Assembly (NCBI GenBank): GCA_973895155.1 | Contig: OZ316892.1 | Location: 27,862,307-27,926,306 of the forward strand | Length of the DNA: 64,000 nt | Source: Marsupella aquatica | Lineage: Eukaryota; Plantae; Marchantiophyta | Direction of reading: 5' to 3' | Part shown: one piece after another, positions 23,245 through 36,941 of the stretch | Position numbering within the stretch: the first letter of the stretch is position 1 | Layout: the number at the start of each line of letters is the position of its first letter | Position numbers and translations under genes: made by a program | Notes under the pieces: generated by a model | What the model saw: the letters and a program-made list of their open reading frames with translations, nothing else | Told to the model about the DNA's origin: nothing | Database searches by the model: none

Positions 23245-24550
23245 GCGCTCAGATGGGCCCCGTCTTTTCTTGTCGGCCCTGTGCCTACAGTCCCTACCTA
23301 AGGGACGATCAGGTTAATAATTAAATAATGGAAACTACAGGAGCCTGACTGCCAGAGTAAACCCTTTAAGGTTTTTTCATTATTAGCCAGAGTGGCGAAT
23401 GTCAAGTCATCAAGTGTGTGAATTAGGATACGTTAGGAATATTCTTAATATAGAACTCACAAATTATGTTTTGATGGTTCCATGTGCCTAGAGTTAAAAA
23501 TGGCCATTAGATTTTGACTAATGGGGCCTACGATCTTGCTCAGATGGGGCCCGTCTATTCTTGTCGGCCCTGTGCCTAGGTTTAGTAAGTTACCTAACTA
23601 AAGGACTATCAGGTTAATAATTAAATATAAAGAAAGTAGCCTGACTGCCAGTGTAATCTTTCTCTAATAAGGTTTCCTATGGAGTATGGACGATCAGGTT
23701 AATAATTAAATAATGGAAAATAGGCTGACTGCCAGTGTAATCTTTAAGGTTTTTCATTATTGGCAAGAGTGGCTAATGACAAGAATGTCAAGTGTGTGAA
23801 CCTTCTACGTAAGAAATATTATTTATATGGAATTCACAAGGGTTTCATTATTAGCCAGAGTGGCTAATGTCAGTTGTGTGTGGACCTTATACGTTAGGAA
23901 CATTCTTTACATAGAATTCTGGTTTGATGGTTAGATTTGCCTAGAGTTAAAGATGACCATTAGATGCTGACTACTGGGTCTGTGAAAAGGTGGGAAACTG
24001 GCTAATGAGACGTAGAAAAACGCGAAAGTAATGATGATATGGATTATGGACTACTCTCATGAACCTTGCACACCTGGATGGACCAGGTTACTGTTGAGCA
24101 CATAAGTATGGAACTTTCTAAGCGGAAACTGTTATCTGAGGACCAAAAAGGTTATTTGGCAGTATATCTGAGTCAGATCGGCTCTCTGCCTATAGTAGTC
24201 AGCCCGGGCCTACAGTACCTTAACGATCAGATTGATAATTAAATACTAGTCTGACTCCCCATCAGAGTAATGCTTGTGTGAGCCATATAACACAGATCGA
24301 CCCAGTTACTGTTGAGAAGACAGTTCTTGACACAGAAAAAGTGTTATCTGAGTCCACAAAAGGTTGTTTTGTTGAGCAGACAGGTAGCAATTTGTTTTAG
24401 AGAGAAAGAGTTATCTGAGTCCCAAAAAGGTTCTTTAGTCCATCTGGGTCAAATTGGCCCTCTGCCCACTGTATTGTAGTGACAATCAGGTTGCTCAAAA
24501 ACTAATTAGTTATTGAAAATTAGCCTGACTGCCCATGAGAGTAATGCTGA
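23245..24550. repeat. Patchwork of direct repeats upstream of TAN1-like, with TGGGCC/GGGCCC site-II-like motifs
   Basis: gctcagatggg.cccgtct.ttcttgtcggccctgtgccta occurs twice. atcaggttaataattaaata and gcctgactgcc recur 3-5 times. 24048-24087 matches 1522-1560. Confidence 0.7.
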
Positions 24551-24999
24551 TCACATGGACATTCCTTGTTTGTGGTCCAAGTTCACGAACTCATGTTCAA
24601 TTGTTTTCCAGTGAGTTGCCCCAAAATCCCAGCCTCCCACCAGCACCCCCACCTTCATTGATACCCCAGAGACACCATGTATAGAGGCTTCATTTTAGAC
24701 CTGGGGCCCTGAGTGTATATAGCTAGATGCCCATCCTTTTGGAAGTCAATAATGAGAAAGAAAAGAAGCTGATTTAACCCCCACCTCCACCCAAAATGGA
24801 TGATACGGTTCTGTCTCTAGCTAGCTAAACTTTGTTTCTAGAGGTTTCACTTTAGACCACAGCCCTTATTCCAGCTTCTCTTCCTCATTATATAGTTAGA
24901 TTTTAGTTGCAGGACAGCATTTTAGGCCAGAGTTTTTGGGTTTTATTAGACTATCACCTTTTTTTGTCAAATTTCACCACTTGTCATTGTTTTTAGAAT

Positions 25000-25620
25000 A
25001 ATTACTGAATGCCATTTTTTCATACTAACATAGGTTGGATGTTATTCTCAATGTTGAGTTCATTCTGCTGTTATTGTTTATGTTGATTGTATATTACCCG
25101 ATGGGCAAGAGCTAGAGTGTGATTGATAAAATCAACCCAAGACACATTATATCCAACAAATAATACTTTCTATGTGTCAAATGTGTAATAGTCTCTCTAA
25201 GACACATTTTCACTAGAGCAGTCCATGCAAACTGTTTTTCACAGCTCACTATTGCCAACTCTAGGGCATAAAATACATTGATGAGAGTGTAGGGACAAAA
25301 CAACAGTCCTACATTCTATTTTAGTTTTAAAGTAAGCAATGGTGCACCAAATCTACTAGCTCCTACCCCATGCTTGGCATGAGTTTGTAATCTTACACTT
25401 GCCTCCAACTCATGGAGATTTTTCTGTCAAACAATGTTTCTTGCCTGTGCCCTTGCCCAATTGAAATCCATCTTTTGGTATCGCACAATTACCAGTGTTT
25501 TGCATCAAATTTGTTGGGACAAAACAGCATGTTGGCAAAAATTGTAACCAAATATGGACCCACTCCGAACTTTGTGAGCATCAATGCATGCTAAAATGCT
25601 AAATTTGGTGGAGGATGTGT
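25000..25620 (-). pseudogene. Possible highly decayed LINE reverse-transcriptase remnant
   Basis: Scattered peptides FGVGP, ISIGQGHRQ and QFA occur in the order expected for LINE RT, in broken frames. Confidence 0.3.
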
Positions 25621-25644
25621 CAAATAAAGGTTGTGGTACCCATA

Positions 25645-25767
25645 GAGGCATGACTTTGTGGTAGCTCACTTGAATAGAGACTGACAGATCTTGGGTTCAA
25701 CTATTGTGGCTGACTCCTTGCTGTGGGGTTTCACAGATTTTTTTTAAAATTTAAAATAAAAAATAAT
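25645..25767 (+). mobile_element. tRNA-derived SINE-like element
   Basis: A-box-like TGACTTTGTGG, B-box-like GGGTTCAAC and an AT-rich tail. A second copy lies at 63570-63697 (-). Confidence 0.55.
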
Positions 25768-26265
25768 GGTTGTGGTGTTTCCCAAATTGCTCAATGCTAT
25801 TCCTTAAATTTCAACTATTGTATTGTAAGTCTAATGTATGGACAAGGATATGTTGGGAAAATTGCATAGCTTAATTCCACTACTCAACCTTTGTTTTGGC
25901 AACCATTTATGCAAAGTGATTTGAGATAGTGAGGTGGCTAAATCTTTTTTATCGGATGTCCCCGAAGGGACAAGGTGGCTAAATCTTACTCCCCTTATTG
26001 TATAAGTCTTAATTATCTGTCTTTCAAAAAACAATCTACTAAAATATGGTTATTATAGTCATTTCCTAGTGGGTATCTATCCACACTATTATATAATGGG
26101 AATCTATATTTGGAATGTGGTCATACGATATGTTAAGATCCTAGCATTTTATTCATAGGAAATAAATCTCAAACAAGGGCATCCTTGTCTTCTTCAGCCT
26201 AAGATTCTTAAAGTACTAACAAATAAAAATATAAGACAAGTTCATTATGGAAAAAAACTTCTTCC

Positions 26266-26546
26266 ATCGGGGGCCTCAATCCAAAGGGGTGTCCCATATC
26301 ATGCGTAAAGTTTTGGGGGCATAAATACCCTAAAAGTTAAGCCAATAAAGGTTTTTTTACAAATTTTTTACCCCTAACTTAATGCAATATTTCAAGAATA
26401 TTTCCAATTTCGATTTTTAAAAACCCTATGATTCTTATAATTCTCAAAATTAGATTAAAATAACCGTAGTGTTCACTAAACCCAATAAAAAAACCTATAC
26501 TTATTTGTGCGTGATGGGTCGAAAGAAAAGAACTGAGGACCCCTAG
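26266..26546 (+). mobile_element. MITE related to the P-like element
   Basis: TIRs atcgggggcctcaat and actgaggacccctag, with 8-bp TSD CTTCTTCC (26258-26265 and 26547-26554). Subterminal sequence resembles 14370-14517. Confidence 0.75.
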
Positions 26547-29197
26547 CTTCTTCCATTCAGATGTCAAGGTTAAGGGCGTTCACTAGATGGACACTTATAT
26601 CTTTGAGCAAAATCTTGTAGTTCCTCATATTATGTTTTCCAACAATTAAAGTGCCCCTTGTTATCTGAAAAATAATTTCAAACTTCTTTAAGGGGGTTGG
26701 GATGTACTAGTTGCCATGTTTTTGCATAATTGGTACCTTGCCACCACCACTCCCATCTAGATGTCAGGTTTGGCTTGGCAGTTTGAAGGGTCAACTTAAC
26801 ATGATTTTTAGAAATACCTTGTGCATTAATATTTGCTAGAGAATCTATTAAAAGAAAATGTTTTTTAATCTAAGACTATAAAAAAAATGTATAATGAGAA
26901 ATATTCATATTATTTTCTATCAATGTATAATTTTGGTCAAAGTATATAAAAAACAATTATACATTTTGAATCTCACGCAGTGCCTGTGGTTTTCTGTAAG
27001 GGACCTTTCAAGTCTGGCAAACTTTGAGCAATTTAAAAACTATGATGCTACAAGATATATTAAGGTTGACACAAAGACGATTCTAGCTTAGATTTATGAC
27101 TATAATTGAGAGATAAAGTTTTACAGAGACTTGAGTAAAAACTAATAGCAAAATTTAAGACGGCTTTTAACTTGGGACAAATGACCCTAAATTGAGTGCA
27201 ATCCAAGTACATAAATAATTGACTTAAAATTTGATAGTGACTTATATAACGCACCGGATTAAATTGAAATAAACATCAATAGATGGAAGGTCAGATTAAA
27301 TGCAAACTTACAATATATAGGATACAATAGCAATGTCTTACTTTATAGAATACCCAGCAAGATTGTAGTAGTTATTCATGAGGTAAGAAAGAAGTTTCAT
27401 ATAAACAATGCAAATATTTCATTTAAATCTTGAAGATTAGATTGTTGTACATATCTAACGGTTCACAATAAACCAAAGATTATGATTGATCCCATCCATC
27501 AAGTTGACAACTTTCTTGTATGGTAGTGCTCCTGGGTTTTTTGGGTCCATGAGATTTGAGCTGATGGGTAAGTAAATTCATGGACGACTACCATATACTT
27601 TTATTCTTTCTCCCCTCAATAAACATATGCACCACCATCTTTTCAATCAAGAGTATAATAAGTTACCTTACTCGCCTTTCTCCTCTATCGCAAGGATGAT
27701 GAAAAATAGTCATATTCTTTCTATTGAAGCATATAACAAGTTACCTTGCTCACTTTGTCTCCATGGCAATGATGATGAAAAAGTTGTATTCACTACATTA
27801 AGATTGAATAAAAAACTCTTACTAAATCTTTCATCATCTCTTTCAGTGTTGATAATTAAACACTTGAGGGCAATTTTGAAGGGAAAAAAGACCTTAATAT
27901 TATTTCTTTGAATAATACAATTGGGAATTCAATATTATGGCAAGGTAACCATAGCTATGCAATTTAGGCTATCAAATGTTAACTATAAAAATATAATGTC
28001 ACATCCAACATATAGCAATAGATTGATGCATCTATGTCTTTTGACATTTCAATTTTCATTCCAAGTGTAAATGTCTCTCAATGGAGCATCCAATTTTTTT
28101 TCTTGTCCAATGAAAAGGTTTTTAAACGGTTCATTTTTAAAAATGTTAACATCTCACATAATCTTGTAAGTTAGGCCTAAACTTCAACCCTCTTGCTCTC
28201 AATTGTGATGGAGTATAGTGTTAATCTTAACATATTCAATAAAAAATTGTGTATTGCAGATGTGATTAAGGATATACAGACAATTTCAAAATAAATTAAA
28301 ATAGTTATTTGCATAATAGGGACCAAAAACACTCACATAACACCTACATAGAACAGTATTTGGGTGTCATATACATTATTCTTGTTCATGTTTGAGAATC
28401 CAATTAAACATTTCCATTAATTTATCTTCAAGTCATCATTGTGATATTTTTTCTTTTATATATCAAGTTGCATATATTGAAGGTCAGTTGAACAAAATGT
28501 CTTGTATGCAAAGTATTATGTTTCAAAGCTTCTTGACATGGCTTGCTGGAGTTGAGAAGCTCCACAGTGCGCCCCCACAAAATAATGTTTTTTGTGTCTA
28601 GCTCGATCATAGTCCATCCTCAAACCCAATCTTCTAAGGAGAAACATTGCTCTTGGAAAAACAAAATAAACTTCATTAGAAACTTACACTCGTAATTCTT
28701 AGGATAAAATTGTTGACTGAAGTCAAAAGCTATTGTCACCCTCGTCGTCACTTGTGTGGCACTTTATGATAGATGTGGAAGTATGAAAGTGTGAGATAAG
28801 CATTGAACTCATTTAAATATTTATTCAAACAAAAAAGTGTAGCCACAGTTGTAAAAAAAACCTTACAGTAAATAGATTGGATTTGTGTAAATATAGAAAA
28901 AAATAATTTATAATTTGCAAGTTTTCTGATAATCAAAATAGATTTCATATTTTATCTCAGTAACACATAAATTCCATAAAATCCCTAGAATTTTTGTAAA
29001 ATAGTAATATCTAGATTTAACTTTGTCAAATGATAAGCTTCTATAACTTTTAGTATTTATCATAATCAAAAATAATTTTTAAGTTTTTTCACAAGAGCCT
29101 CTAATTTTAGTTAAAACTTTGGAGATAGTCATGCAAAGAACCTAGTGTGGCCTGGCCCTAACTATAAATTCAAATCATTCATTTGATTATGAGAACT

Positions 29198-29528
29198 CTA
29201 GGGGGGTCACTTACACGGAAGTGGCACATCACGTGTGACCAAGTATAGAGCCATTTAAATAGGTGTGACATAAGACTTCCAAAATTTTGTGTAAGAACAC
29301 ATGGGGTATATTTTATTGACTGGTCAACTCTAAAAGAAACACATAGACCTATTTAATTAAAATATATATATATGTTCTTTAAAGTTTTAAGGGATTTTTT
29401 AGTAAAAAATGATAAAATATAAAGAAATAAAGGGTTGTGCAAAAAATTATTTTTCACAATAAGTTAGGGGGGTCAAACACTAAAACATTGCACTCAATAT
29501 ATGGCCCTCCATATAGTGACCCCGCGAG
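29198..29528 (-). mobile_element. MITE related to the P-like element
   Basis: TIRs ctaggggggtcact and agtgaccccgcgag. Contains cactatatggagg and cacgtgatgtgcca as in the large element ends. Flanks tgagaact/tgacaatg (5/8 match). Confidence 0.8.
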
Positions 29529-30939
29529 TGACAATGGCTAGGGGTGAAAATAAATAAAGGTTATTTTTATCACATTACGCTAATTTAAAAGAAAAACTAA
29601 TTATAACCAAAGACTTATACTAAGATATTAAGAAATCCAAGTTTGAGCAAAAACCTTATTTTCCATATTCAGCAGGGCATTTGAAAATTTGTCAACATAG
29701 CATAATATATGGTGGAGGGTGTTTTTCTTCAATTTCATTTAAATATAATAGAATTTATTATGTCATTCTTATGAATTATATGGGTTTCATACTAAGTGAT
29801 TTTCCAAGGTCCATGACCATCTAGTTTTTAGCATATCAAGCTTTTGAGAATGAGTATGTGAGAGACATTGTGCATTGCATAGAGTGGATGACTATGTGTG
29901 ATATGATTTGCATAGGGAAAAATGCTTAAGATTGGTCCTTGGCTTACCCAACACATAAAATTCGTGCCTTTTTAGAACCATAGTTTTGGAAATGGAGTGC
30001 TTGTTTTTAGTTGACCCTTTGAGGGTTATGAATTGCAACCGACTGGGGGCTACGTACACATTTCCAGAGCACGGGTAAGTGGTGGTAAAGGGGGAAAATG
30101 GTAACCAAACTTTCCCTTTTCCCCTCTCCAAAAAAAGCTGTGGGAAGAAATGACTCCCAAACCCACCCCTACCAACTTTCGCTCCACGCTTATTATCAGT
30201 GTTTCAACCCCAACCCTCCAAAATTCCTCATGGGTGGTAAAGGGGGCAAATGGAACCCAAACCTTTCCCTTTCCTCTTTCCCAAAAAAGTTGTGCGAAGG
30301 AGCATGTTTTTTAAAGTTTTTTGGTTTTAACCAATGTGGTGAATGCTAGCTAGAGGAGATGCTAGGAATATTCTTTATTATTTTTTCCTGGATTATATCT
30401 TGACTGTCAAATATCCCTATATTAACGGACAACCGTTAGATTCTGGGAAATGGGGTCCATGATTTGGTGGGAAAGTGTAGAATGGCACACAGAGAATCTA
30501 GCCAATTTTAGCCAAAAGTGGCAAGCACTTTTTGGGGAGGTGAAATTGGCAAAAAGTCTCACCTAAAAAATATGCTGGTGGGAAGAAACTACTCTCAAAC
30601 CCACCCCCACCAAATTTAGCTCCAGTCTTACGAGGGCTCTCATAACCAAAAAAAACTGGCTCCTCACGGGTGCCTGCAAGGCAGTCAAGAGCACCGCAAT
30701 AGGGTACAAAAGGGCAATTATTTTTGGGGGTATGGAAAATTGAGTGGCCTAAAGACCCATTGAATGCTATTGTGTTTAGTGTGAAATAGGGGCTTTCTAC
30801 AGTCCCGAGCGTGACTAGTCGGTTCTCACAATTGGTGCTACCAATCATGATTGTTGTCCTGAACCACAACATGCCAAGGCACTGTCAAAGCAGAAAAATG
30901 TACCTATTTGAGACAAACTATATCCTAAATCCTAAACTC

Positions 30940-31450
30940 CTCACCTGCAAGCCAAATTCAGCGGTTCGGCGAACAGACTAAAAATTGCTAATGTAGCCAG
31001 CTTTAGCTCCACTCTTAGGAGTGGAGTTTCAACCCCAAACCCCCTAATTCCCTCACCCGCAAGCCAAATTCAGCGGGTTTCACAAATGGACGGAAAATTG
31101 ATAAATCTCCTCTGCCAACTTTAGCTCCACTCTTATTAGCAGCGTTTCAACCCCAACCCTCCATATTCAGCGGACCGAAAATTGATAAATCTCCCCCGCC
31201 AACTTTAGCTCCACTCTTATTAGCCGCGTTTCAACCCCAACCCTCCAAATTCAGGGGGACCGAAAATTGATTAATCTCCCCCGCCAACTTTAGCTCCACT
31301 CTTATTAGCGGCGTTTCAAGTCACTTAGGTACTCGAGATATTGTGTTTGGAGAGGTACATATATAAGACTACCCCCAACCCTCCAAACTCCGTCACCCCG
31401 CAAGCCAAATTCAGCGGTTCCGCGAACGGCCCGAAAATTGATAAATGTTC
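30940..31450. repeat. ~85-bp tandem repeats upstream of the At5g66230-like gene
   Basis: ccaactttagctccactcttattag...gtttcaaccccaaccctcc...cgaaaattgataaat occurs 4-5 times, with related copies at ~30130-30250 and ~30570-30630. Confidence 0.85.
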
Positions 31451-31454
31451 CCCC

Positions 31455-31492
31455 GCAACGGTCGCTGTCTCTCCAACGGTCGACTTTTCAAA
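31455..31492 (+). promoter_or_regulatory. Two MSA (MYB3R) elements plus a CHR-like TTTGAA
   Basis: gcAACGGtcg at 31455, tccAACGGtcg at 31472 and ttttcaaa at 31485. A TATA-like cttatatga lies at ~31561. Confidence 0.55.
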
Positions 31493-31734
31493 GTGCTGAC
31501 CGCCGGGCCCGGTCACTGGGCCGACCTGCCACCGTCTACCACGTCTCCCGGTTCTCCAGCCTTATATGAAGAACTGAGGAATGCGGCATTTGGGATTTCT
31601 GCTGTCTGTCGATAGACTGAAGGTTGGTGTGAACTGAGGAGTGCAAAATTCGGAATTACTGCTGTCTGTCGAGATAAGAGTGTTGGACCGTCTCCTCCTC
31701 GTCGCGGAGCTGCGTAGATTGCAGTAAGTGCCTA

Positions 31735-32400
31735 AGATCTGAAGATAGCCTGTTTTTTCGGTTCACTGTGCATGGCTTGAACTTTCATCAGGCTTCAGTA
31801 CTGAGGAATGCACGCGTTTGGAACGATTGCTGTGTGTCGGTAATTTGTATGGTTCACTGCATGACTTGAACGTTCAGGCTTCGAAACTGAGGAATGCACG
31901 CATTTGGAAGGCTCGCTGTCTTTCGGGAGTTTGTATGGGAATGTCTGAAGATAGCCTGTCTTTTCGGTTCACTGCATGACTTGAACGTCCACTCAGGGTT
32001 CAGCACTGAGGAGTGAATGGAACGATTGCTATCTGTCGGTAGTTTGTATAGGTTGCAGTAAGTGGGTCTGAAGATAGCCAGTCTTTTGGGTTCATGACTT
32101 GAACGTTCAGGCTTCATAACTAAGGAATGCACGCATTTGGAACGATTGCTGTCTGTCGGCAGTTTGTATAGGTTTTAGTAAGTGGGTCTGAAGATAGCCA
32201 GTCCTTTCGGTTCATGACTTTAACGTTCAGGCTTCAGAACTGAGGAATGCACGCATTTGGAACGATTGCTATCTGTCGGTAGTTCATATTGGTTGCAGTA
32301 AGTGGGTCTAAAGATAGCCTGTCTTTTCGGTTCACTGCATGACCTGAACGTTCAGGCTTCGGAACTGAGGAACGCACGCATTTCGAACGATTGGTGTCTG
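31735..32400 (+). repeat. ~120-bp tandem repeats in the putative 5' UTR/intron
   Basis: ctgaagatagcc...catgacttgaacgttcaggcttc...actgaggaatgcacgcatttggaacgattgct...gtaagtgggt occurs about 5 times. Confidence 0.9.
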
Positions 32401-32842
32401 TTTGTATGGGAATGGTTGTCGCCAGTATCTGCGGTATGGTTTCAGTGTCTATACTTTCTTGTTCTCCGTCCGAGATGGTTGTTGACAAGTAATGCGAAGC
32501 TGCCTCGTGCTCGAGTTCGCTCCAAAGTTCTTTGGCGTCTCTGACTGGGGTTTTGTGCTGATTGAATTGCAGTAGATCAACGAGACAGTTCGAGTAAAGA
32601 GTCTTTTCCCATGGATACGCCATCAAGAAGAGTTACGAGGAGCCAGATGTCGACTTTGAACCCGTCTTCAGCGGGTGAGTTGTCATCTCTATAATGGACA
32701 TGCACGTAGAAGCACTGTCGACCTGTGAAGTTGTTCTCTGCTGAAAATGTCTTGTTTGGATCTCTCTCTCGTGTTCCCGTTAGGGAGAATACACATTGGT
32801 CAAGTCCGGTCGAGCAAGAATTTGGGACCAATATTTCATGGG

Positions 32843-34687
32843 ATGTCTGCAGGAAAACCTCAGAGCAGAGGAGTAAGAAGTGCCAAGAAGAAAGAATTGC
32901 CTAGACCCCCATTCACAGATCTCACCAACGATTCGCCGATATCAGGCCTCATTCCTGCGAAACTCGTAGCCAGTGCTGGTGTGGTTTACGAATCCACCCC
33001 ACGCTCAAAGCTGAGGCCAGCTGAGAGACCGATTGGGGAGGACCTGCTCCGAATGCAGGTGACAAACCTGCTGAAGAACGTGGAGACTGAAGCCCATGGC
33101 TATCTCAATGCGAAGGCTCCCCCAGCTACTAAAGACTTGTTCGAGTCCCCCATGAGACTGGCAGCCCCGACGCCAGCCAACACACCTGCGTCATCAGGTA
33201 CAGCTACTGCCCAGGAGATAAAGGCAGCAATTCTACCACCGATTGTCATTGCTTCTCCGATTTGTCCCCTTGATGACGCATCAAGCAACTTGGGGAGGAT
33301 ATCACCTACATTCGTGTCTACTGCCGAGCTTCTTTCCTCGATTGAAGAGGTGAGCATCTAGCTGCACAGCTTTCCGAGTTCTGAAGGTTTGACACTATAT
33401 ATATTTGCATATTTGCATCGATAAGTGGACACTTCCATCAGGTTTAGTTGAATGTAGTAAATCCCTTGCAGTCCATCGTGAATACCATACCGGACTCAAG
33501 TTCTGCCTATGTCCCTCTGGGTAACGAATCCAGTTTCTTGGATTGCATCTGATTCAGTCGGTTGAGATCGAAGAGTCAGTCTGCCCTGAGACAGGGCTAC
33601 ACCATCGTTACAGTGCTCATAATAATTTACTGCTGTGCAGCCGTCCACTGTTGTTCAAGAACAGTCAACGACACGGACTCTGAAGTTCGATTCTCCCGAG
33701 AGACAAGCTAAAGGTATTGAAGGGGAATTTGCAACTGAGGTTCCTGCTCCAGGATCCGTATCTACCTTGGAAATCTTAGCCTCCATTGATCAGGTGACCA
33801 CCATTCCCAAGCTTATATTCCTGCTATTCGATTTTAAATGACTGATCACATAGTTGCCAGTTGGCTCAATCCAGGTGTAACTTCTCCGTAAAGTACGAGA
33901 TGAACGCACGAATTTTGTTTGCGAGGAGCATAGGTCCACAGTTTTGCTCTACATGGGTTAAATTTGGCTGAAGATCTTTTATGTTTGTCTCCAGAGTGAA
34001 ACCGAACTCGGCAATCGGACACTAAAGTTTGACTCGCCCCAAAAGGCTATACCAGACGCTGAAACTTTCAGTCAGCTCTTCTCGCCCAGTGCCCATCCTC
34101 ATCCAAGGACGCCTGCAGCCGACGACGAGGACTCATGGTCTGTCAGTGTCAACATCAATTCACCGGAGAAGGTAGAGGTAGCAGAGGATCTTCATCTTAT
34201 GGACGTACCCACAACCTCCGAGGTAGATGCCGAGACGATGGAATTCATCCATAGCGTTCTCGTTGATCCGGAGACCAAACCCCGTATCGAAATCCCAGCT
34301 CTTTGGCAACGGCGAGACACTCCTGCTTGCAACGATGGACTGAAGGACGACGATGACTACGAGGACTGTGAGGAGGAGGAGTATGACGAAGAGGAGGAAG
34401 CCTACGAGGACGGGACGGAGACATTTGATGAGGTTTGCGAGGAGCTGTGCAAGGGGATCAGCACTATCAACATGGGTGGTGAGGGTGCTTCGAAGGGATT
34501 GCCAGCTTTTCAGGGCAAGCACACTCGTTTCATTTACCACAGTGATGACGACGAGATTGAGGAAGAGATTGTATCTGACAAGACTCTGGACTCTCCGAAC
34601 AAGACCAAGTTGATGGGACTGCCAACTCCGAAGGGGAAGCACATCCGGTTTGATAACGAGGGAGAATCGGACCAGGGAGATTGCTGA
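32843..34687 (+). CDS. At5g66230-like disordered protein (family loosely annotated as 'chalcone-flavanone isomerase family')
   Basis: GT-AG exons 32843-33349, 33641-33793 and 33995-34687 join in frame. Family motifs: DLTNDSPISGL, GEDLLRMQVTNLLKNVE, APTPANTP, DDEDSWSVSVN, acidic tract-EELCKGIS, FQGKHTRFIYHSDD and GLPTPKGKHIRF. Confidence 0.8.
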
Positions 34688-36941
34688 TGATTTTTCAATA
34701 CGTGAAACAGGGAAGAGGTTCAATTTTCGGATAGCCTTCGAGTTTCTTGTAGGCAAGGTAGGGTACCTGTCGTTTGGAAACAGAGCAGATTCCTGTAATC
34801 CATGGGCGTTTATCGGTAGTGGGTGCGGCTAGCCTTTGGCTATCTGTGAGGTAACTCGAGGTTTTATCAGGACAGTAGTTGGTCGACTTCTAATCCGGCA
34901 AGATTTTCCCATAAGCTAGTGGGGACAATAGACTGTAAAGATGGTATAGCCATGGCGATGGAGTGAAGAAAACTACTCACACATTTTCATATGTATTGCA
35001 CCTTTCTCAATTGCACGTTCTTCGTACAGAACGTTGTTACATTTGCAACGTCACAGTACTGCGTTGGTCCTAGCTCGATAATTTTAATGACCGCTACCAC
35101 ACCGGACCGTTTCCGATAACACAAGCAGAGTTGAATTTATCATAACTGGGGTGCCCATGCAATTGAAATGAATGACAGCGACCGGAGTCGATACCTTACG
35201 CATGATTCGAATCGGAATTAAAGCCAGCTACACGAACATGCAAGACGAAACTAGCAACACTAACATGTAAACCAGCTGCTGTAAAGAAATATTGAAGAGA
35301 TCTGGCGTCCACGGGAGGGACACAGTTAATAAAATGTGAAGGGCAGAGCTTGCAATGTGAAGGGCAGAGCTGGGTCTAAAATACACGAAGAAACAAAATC
35401 GAGAGTATCGGAAGCTGTCTAGGGTAAGATTGCCTTGCGGGGGAGGTAGACGGCAAGTGCATGTGGCCTCGTACGGGCTTCTTGGTCCGGTGGAAATTGT
35501 TGTTGGCTGAACTTAAAGTTCAGCTTTGTGGTGGGAGCCCAAATTGGCTGCAAACTTTTTTTCTGCGCATACGTTTTCTCCACATACGTTTTCTCCACAT
35601 ATGCTTTCTCCACATACTTATAGAGGCACACAAATATACTTTAGTCACAATATATTCATTCTAACACTCTTTAGTTTGTATGGAGTATTCAAGATCAGGA
35701 CAAATTGGAGTACACAGAGTATATTGTATTCAACACAAATGAAAATACATTAAATGCTCCCCCTCAATGTACGTGTGTACTTGATTCTCTCACCACTTAA
35801 TGTCTTTGTCTTTTAGTTATCAGAATTTCTTAATGCCTTTATATATTTCCCTTTGGCACCAAAGTCACCTTGAAAAGGTACGACTCTTATAGGGGCTTCC
35901 TTTTTGTTTTTGGGTGAAATTGGTCACCTCGAAAAGATTTTTCAAGGGGCTTTTTTTTTTAGAAAAAACGATGAGTAAGGAGCATGCCCTATGGTTGATC
36001 TCATTATTTTATTTTATTTGAGAATTAAAACAGATAGAGAATCAAGGGTATTTTAAACAATGGGAAAATCAAAAAGACAAAAAGAGACATTTTTATTTTT
36101 TGGCCGGGATGGAGGATTACTTAAGGGGAGAAATAATAAGGGTTTAAAGAATTTTTTCTTTAATTGCTGAGAGGTTTAAGGGTATTTAAGGGAGAGATTT
36201 TCAAAATGGTATTTGTTTATATTTTTTTCTTGCTAGAGGGGGCAGACACTAGTTGAGTGTATCGAACAAGCTAACCCCTATTCTATCTTAGAAGTGGGGA
36301 GCGATGAATGGTTTAAGGGTCTTTTAAGGGGAGGAACAATAAAGACAAAGAATGGAGAGATTTCAGGTTTTATAAATCTTTCCTTTTTCTTGCAAGAGGG
36401 GGGTCAACATCAAAACAAAAAATGTGTTTGTATTCCTTTTGTGGACTTCTCACTCATTTTTCAACATAGATATAGATTTTTATTTGAGTAATTCTAGAAG
36501 AATGGGTGGGTGTGCTTTTAATTAGATTAGGTATGACATTAATTAGGAACTTAGAGATGATTAGCATAAAAGGGAGAGTCTCTCAGTTCATTCTCCTCAT
36601 TCTCTTCTCTTCTCTTCTCCTTTCATTGCTTATTCTTTTGTCTTTTTTTGGCCAAAGCGACCTCATAGGCACTGGCGCCATAAGCGTTGCTTGCAACCTA
36701 CCATTTGCCTAGGTGGTCGTGGAGGGACGCTCTCGATCATTAGGGCCGTTCATAGGTAGTTTTCTATCATATTCTCTTGGACTAGTGCGAGTTTGCTCTA
36801 GCCGGTGGTAGCAATGACCTAGTCATTTGCTACAGACCTGCCTATAGTCACTTAATCTAGTACATTTGGCCTGACATTTGGATGCAACTCTTTTTTGTTG
36901 GAGATATACTTTGGCTTTGTGTTGTCATCGATGGAGTGTTC

